DNA of 33,416 nucleotides from Asterionella formosa (GCA_002256025.1 NKIB01000351.1:1-33416); one strand, 5' to 3'. Positions 18,749 to 31,104 are shown, numbered from the stretch's first letter. Notes: generated by a model from the letters alone, not told the origin. Numbers and translations: made by a program.

Positions 18749-20682
18749 GCAATTCCCGTTCCAGCTATCGTCTTGCCATTTGGGTACTTCTAAGTAATTT
18801 TTAGTCTCTAAGTAATTTCTTAAGTAATTTTTATTTAAGGGCAATATGGGGCACATCGAATTTTTGGGCATTAAAATTGCCTATTTTACCATGACAACCA
18901 GAATAACGGTAATATGCATAGAGATGGTACAACAAGCGTAAAACACACGAGAATGATTGTAACATGCAACATCAACGAAAATTGAACATGATGTTTGGAG
19001 CAACCAAAGTATGAAATGCGATGTAATAAGTAGCATCAAATGAGAAGTAGAAAAAATTGTTTTGGGTTAGAAATGAAACAAAAAATAAGAGTTCCAATGG
19101 AGACGTAGCTATGCATTGTGAATCATTGTAGTACTTACACACCAGGCAACATTGACTTTCCATCACCATACAATCGAAGACCGAAAGAAGAAGAAGAAAA
19201 GCTCAACCCAATGTAGACCTGCATCGTTGTTTAGCATAAATGGTCTGGTTGCTGGAACCATGCGCATCGCTTTAGTAGCCTGACACCAGTAGCAGTATTT
19301 CCGCCACAGTCATTCCTCTCCGCTGCCCACCGAACAAGCAACCCTGAGCATTCCATTCTGAGCAAGCGTGATCGCCACGCTGCTCCAGAACTATCGACTC
19401 TCTCTAGCTGAGTATTCATGTAGCTTCTGATACTAACTCGTAGTAGAAATGTAGCAAAGCGCGTTAGTAGTATAAGAAAAGCATTGCTTGGCGGCAATAT
19501 TGACATCCTTGTCATGACTATACAAATCAACAAATACGATCAACAACGGCACAATACCACATCTTCAATGAGTAGTCATTGATAAATGCATTGTTTCTTA
19601 TGTAGATATGTACAATCGAAACAAGACGACAGTGCGTAACGATAAACAACGATGGAAGCGATCAAAACAAACCACGGAAGCAATCAAATCGGAAAGTCGG
19701 CCCGATCAATATGATCTACAATCCACATTCAGTGTTTCACTGTTGTACTCACCGATCCGCTTCAACTAGCATAACAAGCAGCAAACGATGGGATCAAAGA
19801 AAGACGAACGTTGCCTATTGCAAGCCCGAATAGAGCAAAGGCAGGCAAGATAGAGTGAGAAGTATATTTGTGAGGACGAAATCGGGCATATGGTACGTAA
19901 AATCAATGAATATGTGAACGATAAATTCAACATTTCAGATCTCGTAAAAATAATACCGAGTCTACAGAGAAAATATTTTAACGTGTTCAAAGTAAGCGTT
20001 AAAGCATAGCTTAAACCATGCATGGTTGTTTTTAGTACCACGTACGTATGTAGACTAGATGACTCCCGGTACTGGTAGAATATCCGTTAAGCATCATTAC
20101 ATACATGACCACTTGCCACCAACATCAGATGTATCGATATCATCGTTTATCCGACGAAATATGGACGATGCGACTACATGAATACCTCGAAAAGACAAGC
20201 AATCCAACAATCAACCGCATCCGTTAGGCAAAGAATCGCTACTGGCGTCATCGCGGAACTGATTTCGCTTCAAACCGGTCATGATGGACGACGATTGGCA
20301 TGGTGAAAGGTGAATTGCCGGAGTCCACTTTTCAGGAGACGAACAAAAACGAAGTAAATTCTAGATATAAATTATTAGAATCTGTATAGTATATAAAATG
20401 GTTTCCTTAAGTAGACCCCTTGCCGATTTCGGCAATCACAGGGCTGGAAAACCGAGGGGCAATTGGCGTCTGTTGTCTTGCCGAAATGCGAACATATGAA
20501 ATATTCAAAATATATTTTAATGATGGGCAATATCGGACCTTTGGCAATTTTCGAGGTGAAGATAGGAAATATTCAAAATTTAGTTTATATGATGGGCAAT
20601 AGTAGGCTCTAATTGACATTTATGCTAAATTTGTGGGCAGGAGGTAAGCTAATGACGCGACGATAGCAATAGCGGGAATTGC
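18749..20682 (+). mobile_element. Copy 3 of the MULE-like family; non-autonomous element with both termini
   Basis: Imperfect 24-bp TIRs: GCAATTCCCGTTCCAGCTATCGTC vs the reverse complement of the right end, GCAATTCCCGCTATTGCTATCGTC (20/24). Subterminal ctaagtaattt repeats on the left and aaatattcaaaat...atgatgggcaata repeats on the right. No TSD recognisable. Confidence 0.7.
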
Positions 20683-21325
20683 CTCAACAATACAGTACCC
20701 TTCTCGGCGGCTACTTGCCTTCTCGATTACATGTGTACTCGGGCGCCACTCGTACGGTCAACCTACTCGCGCCACCCAGCCTCGAACACATGTATACCGG
20801 GTACTCGCAGGCAAGAGACCACCTCGGGCGTGTATTGCCTTCAGCAATCAAGCTGTTCACAAGGTACACTCCCCCAGAGTACTGGTAGGTGGTTCCCCTT
20901 GGTAGTACCATAGTAAATGGGACCGCATCTGTGAGTGGATGTTGACATCGCTCACATGTACCATGTACTCCTTACTCCGTACATACCGGTAACAGGTAGT
21001 ACGTACATATCGTATGAAGATGGATCGTCCGTTTGTTATTTTTAGTACCAGGTACCTGGTACCAGTTAGACAATGTTATGTACCGGTATGCACTCCGTTT
21101 ATGTGCTGATACATGTCATTGATGATACATTCATACGCACCCACCCCAGATACCATTTTTACTATACAGTACAAGTATTAAATACAAAAACGGTACATAA
21201 ATGCATTAGGTCTCATTTGATCCGAAATATTTCTTCACCATAGATCTTAACGTACATGTTTACGGTAGTCATCGTGGACAATCCAGTCCATGTTTAGGAA
21301 CAGAAAGGCCACAACAACAACCCCT

Positions 21326-22706
21326 ATGACCATTACAGAACAGTTGAACAACATGGCAGGCAAGGACGACGAAGCGGACAAGTCAGTGTAAGTCCATTAG
21401 TTGATTGATCGCACAATAAAGAGTGACAACTCATCACCCACTCTTGAGAGTTTCCAGCGAGGCTGTCGAAAGCGACCGTTGCTTCTTTCCAGTTCCATTG
21501 GAATGGCTTCTTGCATTCCCATGGAACTGATTTTATTCCTGAAATTCTCTTTCACTCACCATCATTTGCCAAACCCACACGCATGGCAGCCAAATGGTAC
21601 CTTTAATGGCGAGCACAATCCCAATGGGAGACAACCCTGCTCACCACGAAGATCGCAACTGTATCGAAGTCCTCATTGCCAAACATTGCCATGCCAATCC
21701 AGAGTTCTTCGTGCAGGCGTTCAAGTTTTCAATGTGCTTTCTGGGTTTGCAGGCATCTTACTTGACTTGGGGTTACATGCAGGAATTAATTATGACAACT
21801 GAGTTTAATGCAACTGAGCGTGTTCCAGATGGAAAGTTTCCCTCCGCGTCCTTCTGTGTCTTTAGCAATCGCTTCTTAGCGGTCATTGTTGCGATGATTA
21901 TTGTGCGTTTCAAGCACGGCTCTGTCTTTGGCAAAAACAAGGCACCGCTGCTTGCGTTTACGCCATGTGCTCTCAGTAATACCATGAGCAGTTGGTCACA
22001 GTACGCTTCACTCAAATTTGTTTCATTTCCTGTTCAGACTATCTTCAAATCGTCCAAGATTATCCCGGTCATGATTATGGGAAAGTTATTGAAGGGAACA
22101 AGCTATCCTTTATCGCGATACGCTGAAGCTATGATGATTACTGTCGGGGTCGCTATCTTTTCCATATGCAGCAAATCGTCGAGCAAGGAGACTGCGACAG
22201 AATTGATTGGTTTGGTATTGCTGCTTTGCTATGTCTTTTTTGATTCATTCACGTCGCAGTGGCAAGATAAAGTATACACCAAGTATGGACGCGAAAGCGT
22301 TGATCAGTACCAAATGATGCTTGGAGTAAACACATCTGCTATTGTCATTACGACTCTGGGTCTCGCCGTATCGGGAGACTTTCCTATTGTCTATGAGTTT
22401 CTCTTGGCCAATCCTCAAGTTCTTACATACAATATCATTACTGCCATTACGTCCGCGTCGGGACAGCTGTGCATTTTTTATACCATCAAAGAGTTTGGAC
22501 CTATTGCGTTTACGATCATCATGACGACTCGACAGATGTTCTCTATTTGCATCTCGGCAATTGTCTTTGGTCATTTGATTTCCTGGAAGGCTGCGGGTGG
22601 GGCTGCCTTGGTATTTTTTGTCCTCTTTTACCAAATCTATAACCAGTATCAAGCCCGACAAGCAAAGCGAACAAATCCAAAGTCAACGCCATCCGATTCC
22701 GCTTGA
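21326..22706 (+). CDS. SLC35B/UAA-family nucleotide-sugar transporter, most like the PAPS transporter PAPST1/SLC35B2 (2 exons: 21326-21387, 21590-22706; ~392 aa; alternative ATG at 21353)
   Basis: Motifs QASYLTWGYMQELIMT, FCVFSNRFLA, QYASLKFVSFPVQTIFKSSKIIPVMIMG, FDSFTSQWQDK and GQLCIFYTIKEFGP..FTIIMTTRQ. Intron 21388-21589 (GTAAGT...CTCAC...CAG) restores the frame to the ORF at 21594. Confidence 0.9.
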
Positions 22707-23859
22707 GAAAATGAAAGTCAAACCTACCGTCACTAGTGGTTCACTCTGTGCGAAGGGAGCTGAAATGAGCGAAATAGTTTTTAGCTATTTAAATCTGCTC
22801 TATCAATAAAGTCATGGATAGATACATATTTAGGACACAATGAACTGCTTAGAGCACCATAACGGGGTAATCTTAAAGTTTGTAATTAAAAACTTTTCAA
22901 ATTTTGTGATACGACAATGTTTCCTATTGATAAGTCATTTGTTTCACGCCTGTACATATAGCATGTCTTCATGCCCGATCAATGTTGTGTTCCAGTTGGT
23001 GAGAAAACGACTACGAAAATGTTGAGTGAGGCACATCCGAAGAAAAGAAAAATTGCCTTGTTGAGCTGGAAGTTGACGGAAACTCGCATCACGTTTTCCA
23101 AAAAGAATGCAAAAGAATGCAAAGTTCGCAGCACCTGGAGACGAATGCAGAAAAACGTCGCATACTGGTAACCGAGTTGTCTCTTTCTTTTGCGGTTTTT
23201 GTGCATTCGTCTCTGGGTTTTTGCGGTCTTTTAAGGGTCTTTTCGTTCGAACTCTCTCAGTGTGATACTACCAGGTATATGATATCTTGCCGTCTTATCA
23301 TAGCTCAAACTTGCTTTGATGAAATGATAGTCACGTGTACTTTTCAAGAAGTATGCAAACTTTGCAAAAGAAAGCAAACTTCTCAGAAGAACGTGCGACA
23401 GTGAAAATTTTCTGTACATTCTTTTACAGGCTATACTGGCAAGGTATGGTGAAGCTGTTACAGCCAAGCGCTTGGCTTGTGTCCACGCCATCACTAAGGT
23501 GGTTAAGACATTAGTCCTCAGAACTATTATTGCATCATGAGGGAAACCGACGAATATCCGTAAATAAACGTAGTTTGTTATAATCAGCAAGACAGTAGAC
23601 ACAGGGGAATAAGTCTAATTTTAATTATATGATCGTAAAAAGTATTTTGCCTTATCTAGAATAACCCAAGCCAGGCAAATGCTCGCCTATACAACGGCGA
23701 AAAACGAAGACCCATAAGCCTTCAGATATTCAGGAATGATGAGTACATAAATCTCATAAAAGGCCCATTACAGACGATAGTCCAATCGCCATCAGAAAAC
23801 CCTGAAGGAGACCCACAGATGAACCTCAAATGTCCATCACGAACACCAAGAACGTAAAT

Positions 23860-24420
23860 CGGTGGCAAGTTACAAATCGAATTCAAATCATAACTCGGAA
23901 ACCCATCAGATATCTCACACATCACCATCACAATGGGAATTTCCATTTGATGAATCTTGGAATGGTGCAGGTTGCATTTGCGGAAGAATTGGACACAAGA
24001 CAAAGATGAGAAATTCGACCCTGCAACACAATTTGATACAGCTGTCAATAATCATCAATGCATTGATGGCAAGAACAAGGCAACAAGTCGACTTTTCAAC
24101 AGAGGAGATAGAGGAGTGCGTATCACAATCTATGTGGGGATTTCTTAGGGAAGTGGATTGATCTTTCTGGACAGAAGTATGTGACAAACTACAGCCATTC
24201 ACATTGTGGGATCCAGATATTTGGTTCACTTTTAAGGGAATTCGGCTATTTCTACAAGTTCAGTCAACAGGGATGGGAGGCTCTGAACCAAAAAAGAAAG
24301 AAGGTCTACCACAAGAATACAAATCACAGAGGGAACATAGGTGGGAATACAAAGCTCAGACACACAGGGACACATGAAGCCAGTTTGGATGTTCTTTTCC
24401 AGGTATGTCATGTGGAGGAT
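23860..24420 (+). pseudogene. Degraded DDE transposase C-terminal region, Transib/Chapaev/RAG1-like
   Basis: Across frameshifts it reads RQQVDFSTEEIEE...FLGKWIDLSGQKYVTNY-IHIVGS(R)YLVHF-LREFGYFYKFSQQGWEALNQKRKKVY. This parallels the TNYxH...G...S-x3-E-x2-N segment that carries the third catalytic residue in Transib/RAG1. Confidence 0.55.
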
Positions 24421-24586
24421 AGGTTTGGGGGACAGGTTTTTCTGCAAATCAGAATATATAAAAGGACGAAAATGTTGATGAGATTGAATAGAGAGTAGTC
24501 TGCAATTAGTTGTCTATGGATTATAGTGATTTGTTCTACTAGTTTTTATCATTCTAGACTTGCCAAAGCAAGCTTGTTTGCATCAG

Positions 24587-25953
24587 TTAGTGCATCAATA
24601 CCAACACAAAACTAGAGTGGTTTATTTTCTCAACTGTCACCGAGACACTGTCAATTTCTTGCTCATGTAAACAACTTATTTGATTCCTATTGACAAGACA
24701 ATCCCCCACTGATACCAATGATTGGTGGTCGTCAAGGGAGCAAAACTGAACAAATGGAGAAACCGCATTATTGCCATCATGAACATCACAGAAACAAAGC
24801 CTGATCAACAGTAATTGACATTGCCTGTCATATGAAAAATCAACATCTCTATCATCAATTCGAGTCTTGAATGCACCTCCTAAGTTGTATGTGCTGGAAT
24901 GATCAGGACATACCAAAAAGCCTAACAACGTCTGTCTGCAAACAAGGCTGCACTTACTGTGTATCCTCTTGTTTCTGTGGGCAGGAATTTTTGTGCCAAC
25001 TCCTAAAATCCACCCAAACAATCGCTGTAGACTCTTTAGCTCACCAGTAGACACTATTCGATTCCAGTGCTTATCAGTAGACGTAAACTTGCAACTAGTA
25101 GAAAGTGAAGGTAGGAACATTTTAACACGTTGCTGGCTTTTCTTGGTTGCCACAACCGAAAAATCGTTATCTCCACCATATTGTCGTCGTTTTTGCTCAT
25201 CCATCATTCATTTGTGGAAAAAGAAGCAACATTCCCAGCTCACATCAGAGAGGTTGATTGTGCTGTTGGATATAAATAGAGTCTCTTTCAGGAGGGAGCT
25301 TTATACTCTTCTTTCCTGACATGGTGATGAATGAAAGAATAGAGCCCCCATTCACTATAAGTGTTGTTGGAGCCAACAGGAAATGGCAACTCGCTTTGTT
25401 CATCCTCTGCAATGTCACTAACTCCATTCACGTCCCTTCTCTTCCTCGTATATTCCGCAATAGAAATTCCATGCTGTGGATAGAATGATTGTTATTCAAC
25501 GGAAGAATGATTGAATACAAAAAATATTGTTGTAAAGTCCATCAAGGAAACGAGATCAGAAAACGATTTGAAATAGTTGAGGCAACTCAACAATCAATGG
25601 GCGGATCAGCTGGTATATGGGCAGCAAGTTCAAGATAGTCCATTGGTTGTCTGCAGCGATGAAGCAGCACCCAGCACGAATCTTGATTAGGTAAAATGTT
25701 AGGGTAGTAACAAAGGTTGTTCATTGATGGGAATGTCCTCAAATGGTGCTGCATCAAACAAATGTCCCACAGATCCATCTGATTGACAAACAAACTCGCA
25801 TGTTGATAGCATAGCTTTTAATGTTTTCATGTAGACAGGCTTGTTAGCTTTAAACCTACTTTTCAACAATTCAACAACGGTCACAAATGTTACTACCATG
25901 GTTGTAGGAGAGTCACTAGCTTTGTTGTCTTGATTGATTTTTAGGGGTATCAA
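24587..25953 (-). pseudogene. Broken ORF fragments of unknown function, convergent on the transposase remnant (possible second TE gene)
   Basis: A 206-aa ORF (24587-25207) plus an upstream 84-aa ORF (25699-25953) on the same strand, separated by stop-riddled sequence. No domain recognised. Confidence 0.3.
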
Positions 25954-26181
25954 ATCAATATTGACTGATGATTACTTTGTTATAGTCTTAGAAAGTACTA
26001 TAGGGTTTTATTGACCAGCCTCATCTAAAAACTCAGGGAAACTAGCAAAGCAAGTTTTAGCTTTAGTAACAAACCCGGAAAACTTGAATAATTTGACTAC
26101 GGTATGTACGTGAACGGGCACTGGTGAGTCATGAAAACTGAAAATTTTGACTATGGGCATTGTTCCATGTGAGTCATGATT

Positions 26182-26217
26182 CCTGGTACCTGGTACCTGG
26201 TACCTGGTACCAGGTAC
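26182..26217 (+). repeat. (CCTGGTA)4 tandem repeat followed by an inverted unit
   Basis: cctggta x4, then ccaggtac. Confidence 0.9.
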
Positions 26218-26479
26218 ACCATTAAGTTCTCTATTTTAGTCTTTTTGGTCCTGTTCTGCGTCACATCGTCCATTTCAGCAAAATTACCGCAACGCCAGAC
26301 TTGCACGGTATCAGGACTGTACGTGCAGAGGTGGTTGCAGTGGTGGAAACAGAACCCAACCATTGTGCATGGTGGTGTTAAAAATCAAAAATCATCAAAA
26401 ATATAGGTTAACAAACCTTGAATCGAAAAGTGGAGTATAATAATCACGCTGGTCATTTTGCCTATCTTTATCATCCATT

Positions 26480-28847
26480 ATGGCGGACTCGACAGCAGCG
26501 GAAGAGGTGATCTCCTCATCTGTTGTGGACGAGAGCGAAGTAGAGCAAAGCGATGCTACGACAGTGACGGAGGAGGAAGTTATGCATGTGACGAAGGCGA
26601 TTGTCAACACGGGTCCTTCGATGTCTTGGGCGCTGTTCGTGTTTTGGATTCTTCCTATTTTGGTTCTAGCCGTCGTTAGTCGCATAGGCGTGGATACAGA
26701 ACCGCCTGCAGTGCCTCTTGACACTCGGCCAGTCAGTATTACACTCCCAAAGCCGAAGCCGTCGGTGAAACCGAAGCCTGATCCAGGGACCACGAAGCCA
26801 AGAAAGGTGAAATATATTGAACCTCCCCTTCGAGGACCGACAGCATATCAAAGAATAGTCAAGGATATTAGAGGAAGAAAGCGTGTTCAGTTTAACAAAC
26901 CGATTCCTACAGCTTCAACGGAAAAGAGGGTTGATGGAGGCACCCAACCCAGATCGACTCCAGCTCAAACTAAACCTCAAACACCGCCAACATCCGTCCC
27001 ATCTACAGACAAGCAATCTTCTCGCACTAAGAAGAAACAGGACTCTCAATATGCGCAATCACTCGAAATTCTTGACACGTACCGGTCTGCATACGAAGCC
27101 GATCCCGACGATGCCTTGAAGGCGCTCAATGTGGCAGACATGCTTCGTCGTTTGGACTTGACCTATCATGATGGAGGGTCTCGCCAATTGGAAGCTCTAG
27201 AAATTTACGAACGTGCAATTGAGTTGACTATTAAAAAACGCGAAAAAATGATTGCAAATGGCGAATCAACCAACATGACCCTGTCAGGAACGTCGAATAT
27301 CCCAGACGAAATTATGCTTGACAATAGCGCAAAGTCGGTCGATGGATTGTTATGCTCCATTTATACCAATAAGGGAAAGCAATATTTTATGGCGAACATG
27401 TTCGAAAAAGCGGTGTCAGAATACACCAAGTGCATTGAGATGGAACCCCTCTATCTCGATGCTGTTGGATCCCGAGGTTCTGCTCAAATCATACTTGGCC
27501 TGTACAAGGAAGCTGGGGTGGATTTTCAGACTGTCTTGGTGCACGACAAGCAACGAATGTTCAATGACGTCTTTACTGGCATGGCCAAGCTCTTGAGCGC
27601 CAAAGAAGATGCTGTTCCAAGTGGATGGGATCCTATGATTGATATTTTGGAGAAATTGATTCCTCAACTAGAAACAAATATGGCCATCCAAGCTGGCAAT
27701 GATGATGGCTTCGCCCAAAAGATGTTTGCAGAAACCTTGACTCGCCTTCACCATGTTATGTTCATGTATTACGATGGGAAGACCAAGGATTTTGAACAGG
27801 CTTGGCATCATTTGGAAACGGGCTACAAGTTTAAGATGAGTGTTATCCCACCATATCCAAAAGCCTTTGAAAAACAGAAGTTGACGACATTGAAGGGCAT
27901 TTTTCAAGCTGGATTTTGGCCTCTTAATGTTGGAATCGACTCTTTCGCTCCCATTTTTATTATAGGTTTTGTCCGAAGTGGATCGACCCTTTTAGAACGT
28001 GTCCTCGATGCACATCCTTTGATTGTTGGTACAGGCGAGGATTCGGTAAGATTAGTCTTGATTTATGAAAGTTACAGGTGAATACCCATAGGAACTCACA
28101 CAATCTTATTTTGATATTCTCCAGGTTTTCAATGGCCGGCTAGACGAAATTCGAAACGCCATTGTTTCAGCCAGCATGTCAGGGGAACCTGACGCGCTCC
28201 GCAGTACTGTAAATGAGATGGCGTACTCTGTTGTCGACGACATGAGAGCACGTTGGAAAATCATTAATTCTAACACTGGCCACGGGGAAAGCCACGAGCC
28301 TCAACGCTTTGCCGACAAGATGCTGACTAATTATTTCAATGTAGGTTTCATACACCTGTTATTCCCAAAAGCTCTCATTTTGCATGTGGCTCGTAACCCC
28401 ATGGACACGATCTTCTCTGCATTTAAACATGAGTTCCCTCCAGGTGGACTCGATTACACTTCGGATTTCTTGGGTTTGGCCGACATGTATCATTCATACC
28501 GAGACATTATAGAGCATTGGGACAACGTCTTGCCTGGACGTGTCACCCACGTCCGGTACGAAGATATGGTCCATGATATGCCTGGTATGGCACGCGCCAT
28601 TATCGATTCGACTGGTCTCTCCTGGGATGACTCCGTTCTTGAATTCCACACGAAAAAGCATGCTGTTAATACTCTTTCCACAACGCAGGTTCGCAAGGGG
28701 GTTTACAATCACAGCTTGGAGGCTTGGAAGGTATACGAAAAGCCTCTCCAGCCCCTAGTGAAAATTATTGGAGAACGGGTTGAGTGGAATCTCAAGACCA
28801 CACTTCATACATACAAGCCTTTACCCACCACAGACGAAGTAAGCTAA
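26480..28847 (+). CDS. Membrane-anchored TPR-repeat sulfotransferase (Sulfotransfer_3/TPST-like; 2 exons: 26480-28045, 28125-28847; ~762 aa)
   Basis: N-terminal TM (WALFVFWILPILVLAVVS), Pro/Lys-rich stem and TPR helices (IYTNKGKQYFMANMFEKAVSEYTKCIEMEP). 5'-PSB motif PIFIIGFVRSGSTLLERVLDAHP, 3'-PB motif ARNPMDTIFS, and VRYEDMV. The 79-bp GT-AG intron 28046-28124 joins the two ORFs in frame (GTGEDS|VFNGRL). Confidence 0.93.
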
Positions 28848-29059
28848 TGTATTGCGCGATGTCGACGACTATCGGTGGTTCTGTAGCTAGTTTGAGTAGA
28901 GTAAGGTTATCGAGTTCAAGATTACCAACGTCACCACAGAACCATAATTCAGGATATTCTGTATTCTTCTTAAACAAGCAGCACAAAGTAGGTGTAAGGC
29001 TCTAATGAGCCCTGATATCCAAAGACTTATTCAAGCGTCCAGTGATCCAATATCAGCAC

Positions 29060-29924
29060 TTGGCTCCCCTCCTTGTGAAAGCTCAGGCGTCATTCTGGGC
29101 AAGACATCATGAAAGCGATGGTATTGAGACGCTTTAGGACCTCGACTGCCTTCTTTGCGAATTGTTTACCAACAAAAAACAGTTTTCACGCACCATTCCA
29201 AAAATGGTATCCAGGAAAGCCTTTCCCACACCCCAGAACTTTCCATCTTCACCACCGTTGAAAAGATGAGTGAAAATTACAATATTTTAGAGTCGTGTGC
29301 AAAGCAGAGCAGATTTACTGATGGATTGATCATTTCGATCTCAACATCCATCAGAACTCTACCCCACCCCACCCGACGAATTCGACAAACTGGACGTCAG
29401 GTCTAGAGACCCTATTGGATGAGAACGAAAACGAGAGGATGATTGAGTTTTTAGATCAGAATGAAATATCAATTCAGTCTGTCACACTTGCAGGTCAACT
29501 TACACTGACGGGGCAGTTCGTCTGTCCGGATCATCCAAAGCAGAATCCGCACTTTTTGGCAGGGCTGATGGACTTATCTTCCGTGATAGCTGCCGATGGG
29601 GACCAGACAACGCGATACGTAAGTATTTGACATTCCGAGGCCCAGACGAAGAATTTCAGCACGAGCCTACGTCGGTACACCACGAGTTTAAAGCAACCGT
29701 GCAAACAGTTACGAAAGTACCGGTACCATGTAAGGCTTCCCTTAAGGTGACGAATACTTACCAGGGTTGTCAAGGCAAGAATCCTGGCTATCAACGAAAT
29801 CCCCACCGCGAATAGCAAAGTTGACAGAGCTCTCAACCTGGAATGGAACTGCAGGGCGAGGGAGGAAGACGAAGGCGGTACCGACGCCCACAAGGGCAAG
29901 GAACAAGATTGCAGTTGACTTCAT
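29060..29924 (-). pseudogene. Probable decayed multi-exon gene with signal peptide (MKSTAILFLALVGVGTA/FVFLPRP...AIRGGDF)
   Basis: Clear signal peptide followed by Phe, GTAAGT donors near 29761 and ~29500, and coding-like downstream fragments (ARAEILRLGLG; GGEDGKFWGVGKAFLDTIFG; GKQFAKKAVEVLKRL). I could not splice these into one open frame. Confidence 0.35.
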
Positions 29925-30244
29925 GACCACGGACTTGAAAATGAAGAACAGCATGCTGACACTTCCTACATCAGGGTAGCAGGTACATCCTTATGCTTAC
30001 CTTTATGGTATGTACCAGTACCTGACATACCTGTACCCTCGAAGGTCCGGTAATCAGCGAATTGCGTGCACTATATACTCAAAATTCCACGCAGCAGTTT
30101 CAACCTACCAGTACATCATTGAAAGTCTGACCGACTCACAAATTCCGAAATGATGAAAAATCTCAAAATATTTCCATGTATTTATATTACCTGTAACCAT
30201 CATAACATTTCACATGGAAAAGCGCTGCCACCTTTCACAGCAGA

Positions 30245-30750
30245 ATTGCTGACTACCAACTTCAACTTGCTGACTGCGGACTTCTTGTTGCTAACTGCAG
30301 ACTTGATTTGCTGAAAATTTGAAATATTTGCTGACTACTGACTTGCAGTTGCTGACTGCTTACTTTAACATGCTGACGTCAAGCAACCTACTTTGTATGT
30401 ACATAGGAAGAGTCCAACTACCAGTACCAGTGTACAAATCACTAATGTTTACTTTTCTTATGGAAATACATCTTTTCATTGTTGGGATACTCAAAGTGAT
30501 GCCTTCTACATTCATACTATCAGGAGTAACACACAGGTACCTGGTACTCTGTGCATGATAATAAACTGTAAATAGGCATTGATGCCTAAAAAATCATTGC
30601 TATATATTTCTTTATATTGCTACCACTATGTATTATCATAAAAATGCTGACTTCAACTTGCTAACTACTGACTGTGGACTTTGTTTTGCTGACTGCTGAG
30701 TTGATTTGCAGAAAATTTGAAAAAATTGCTGACTGCTGACTTCAACTTCA
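30245..30750 (+). repeat. Two blocks of TTGCTGACT(G/A)C-type short tandem repeats (30245-30385 and 30643-30750)
   Basis: Repeated gctgact units at ~20-bp spacing. Both blocks share ttgatttgc.gaaaatttgaaa.a.ttgctgact.ctgactt. Confidence 0.75.
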
Positions 30751-31104
30751 TTTTGACAATAAAGCAACTAACGGCTTAACATCTATGTAAACAACTATTT
30801 AAAGAATAACGAAGTGGCGCAAAATTTAGGGGTTCGACAATTTTTGGGGTTGTACCCCTGCCATTTCTCATATGTGAATTGATGAACAGAAAACACACAA
30901 CCTGCACGCTACTATGTATGCTGATTACCGGACCTTCCTGGTAGTCTAGGTATGGTACCAGGTACAGTAAATTGAGGGGCCTTGTGTTTGACCATAGTTT
31001 CACAATAGCATGCACAGCTGACTGAGATCATGATGCATGTGCACTGTTGCCACAACCACTTAATATCAAAATATTGTGTACAAATTTTTGACCAACACCG
31101 TTGC

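Noticed and set aside
22836..26367. CACAATG at 22836 and CATTGTG at 26361-26367 as RSS/Transib-like termini around the transposase remnant
   Set aside because: Only 7 bp match, with no extension of the inverted repeat. The 5-bp flanks differ (TAGGA vs CATGG), and the right site lies in the sulfotransferase promoter.
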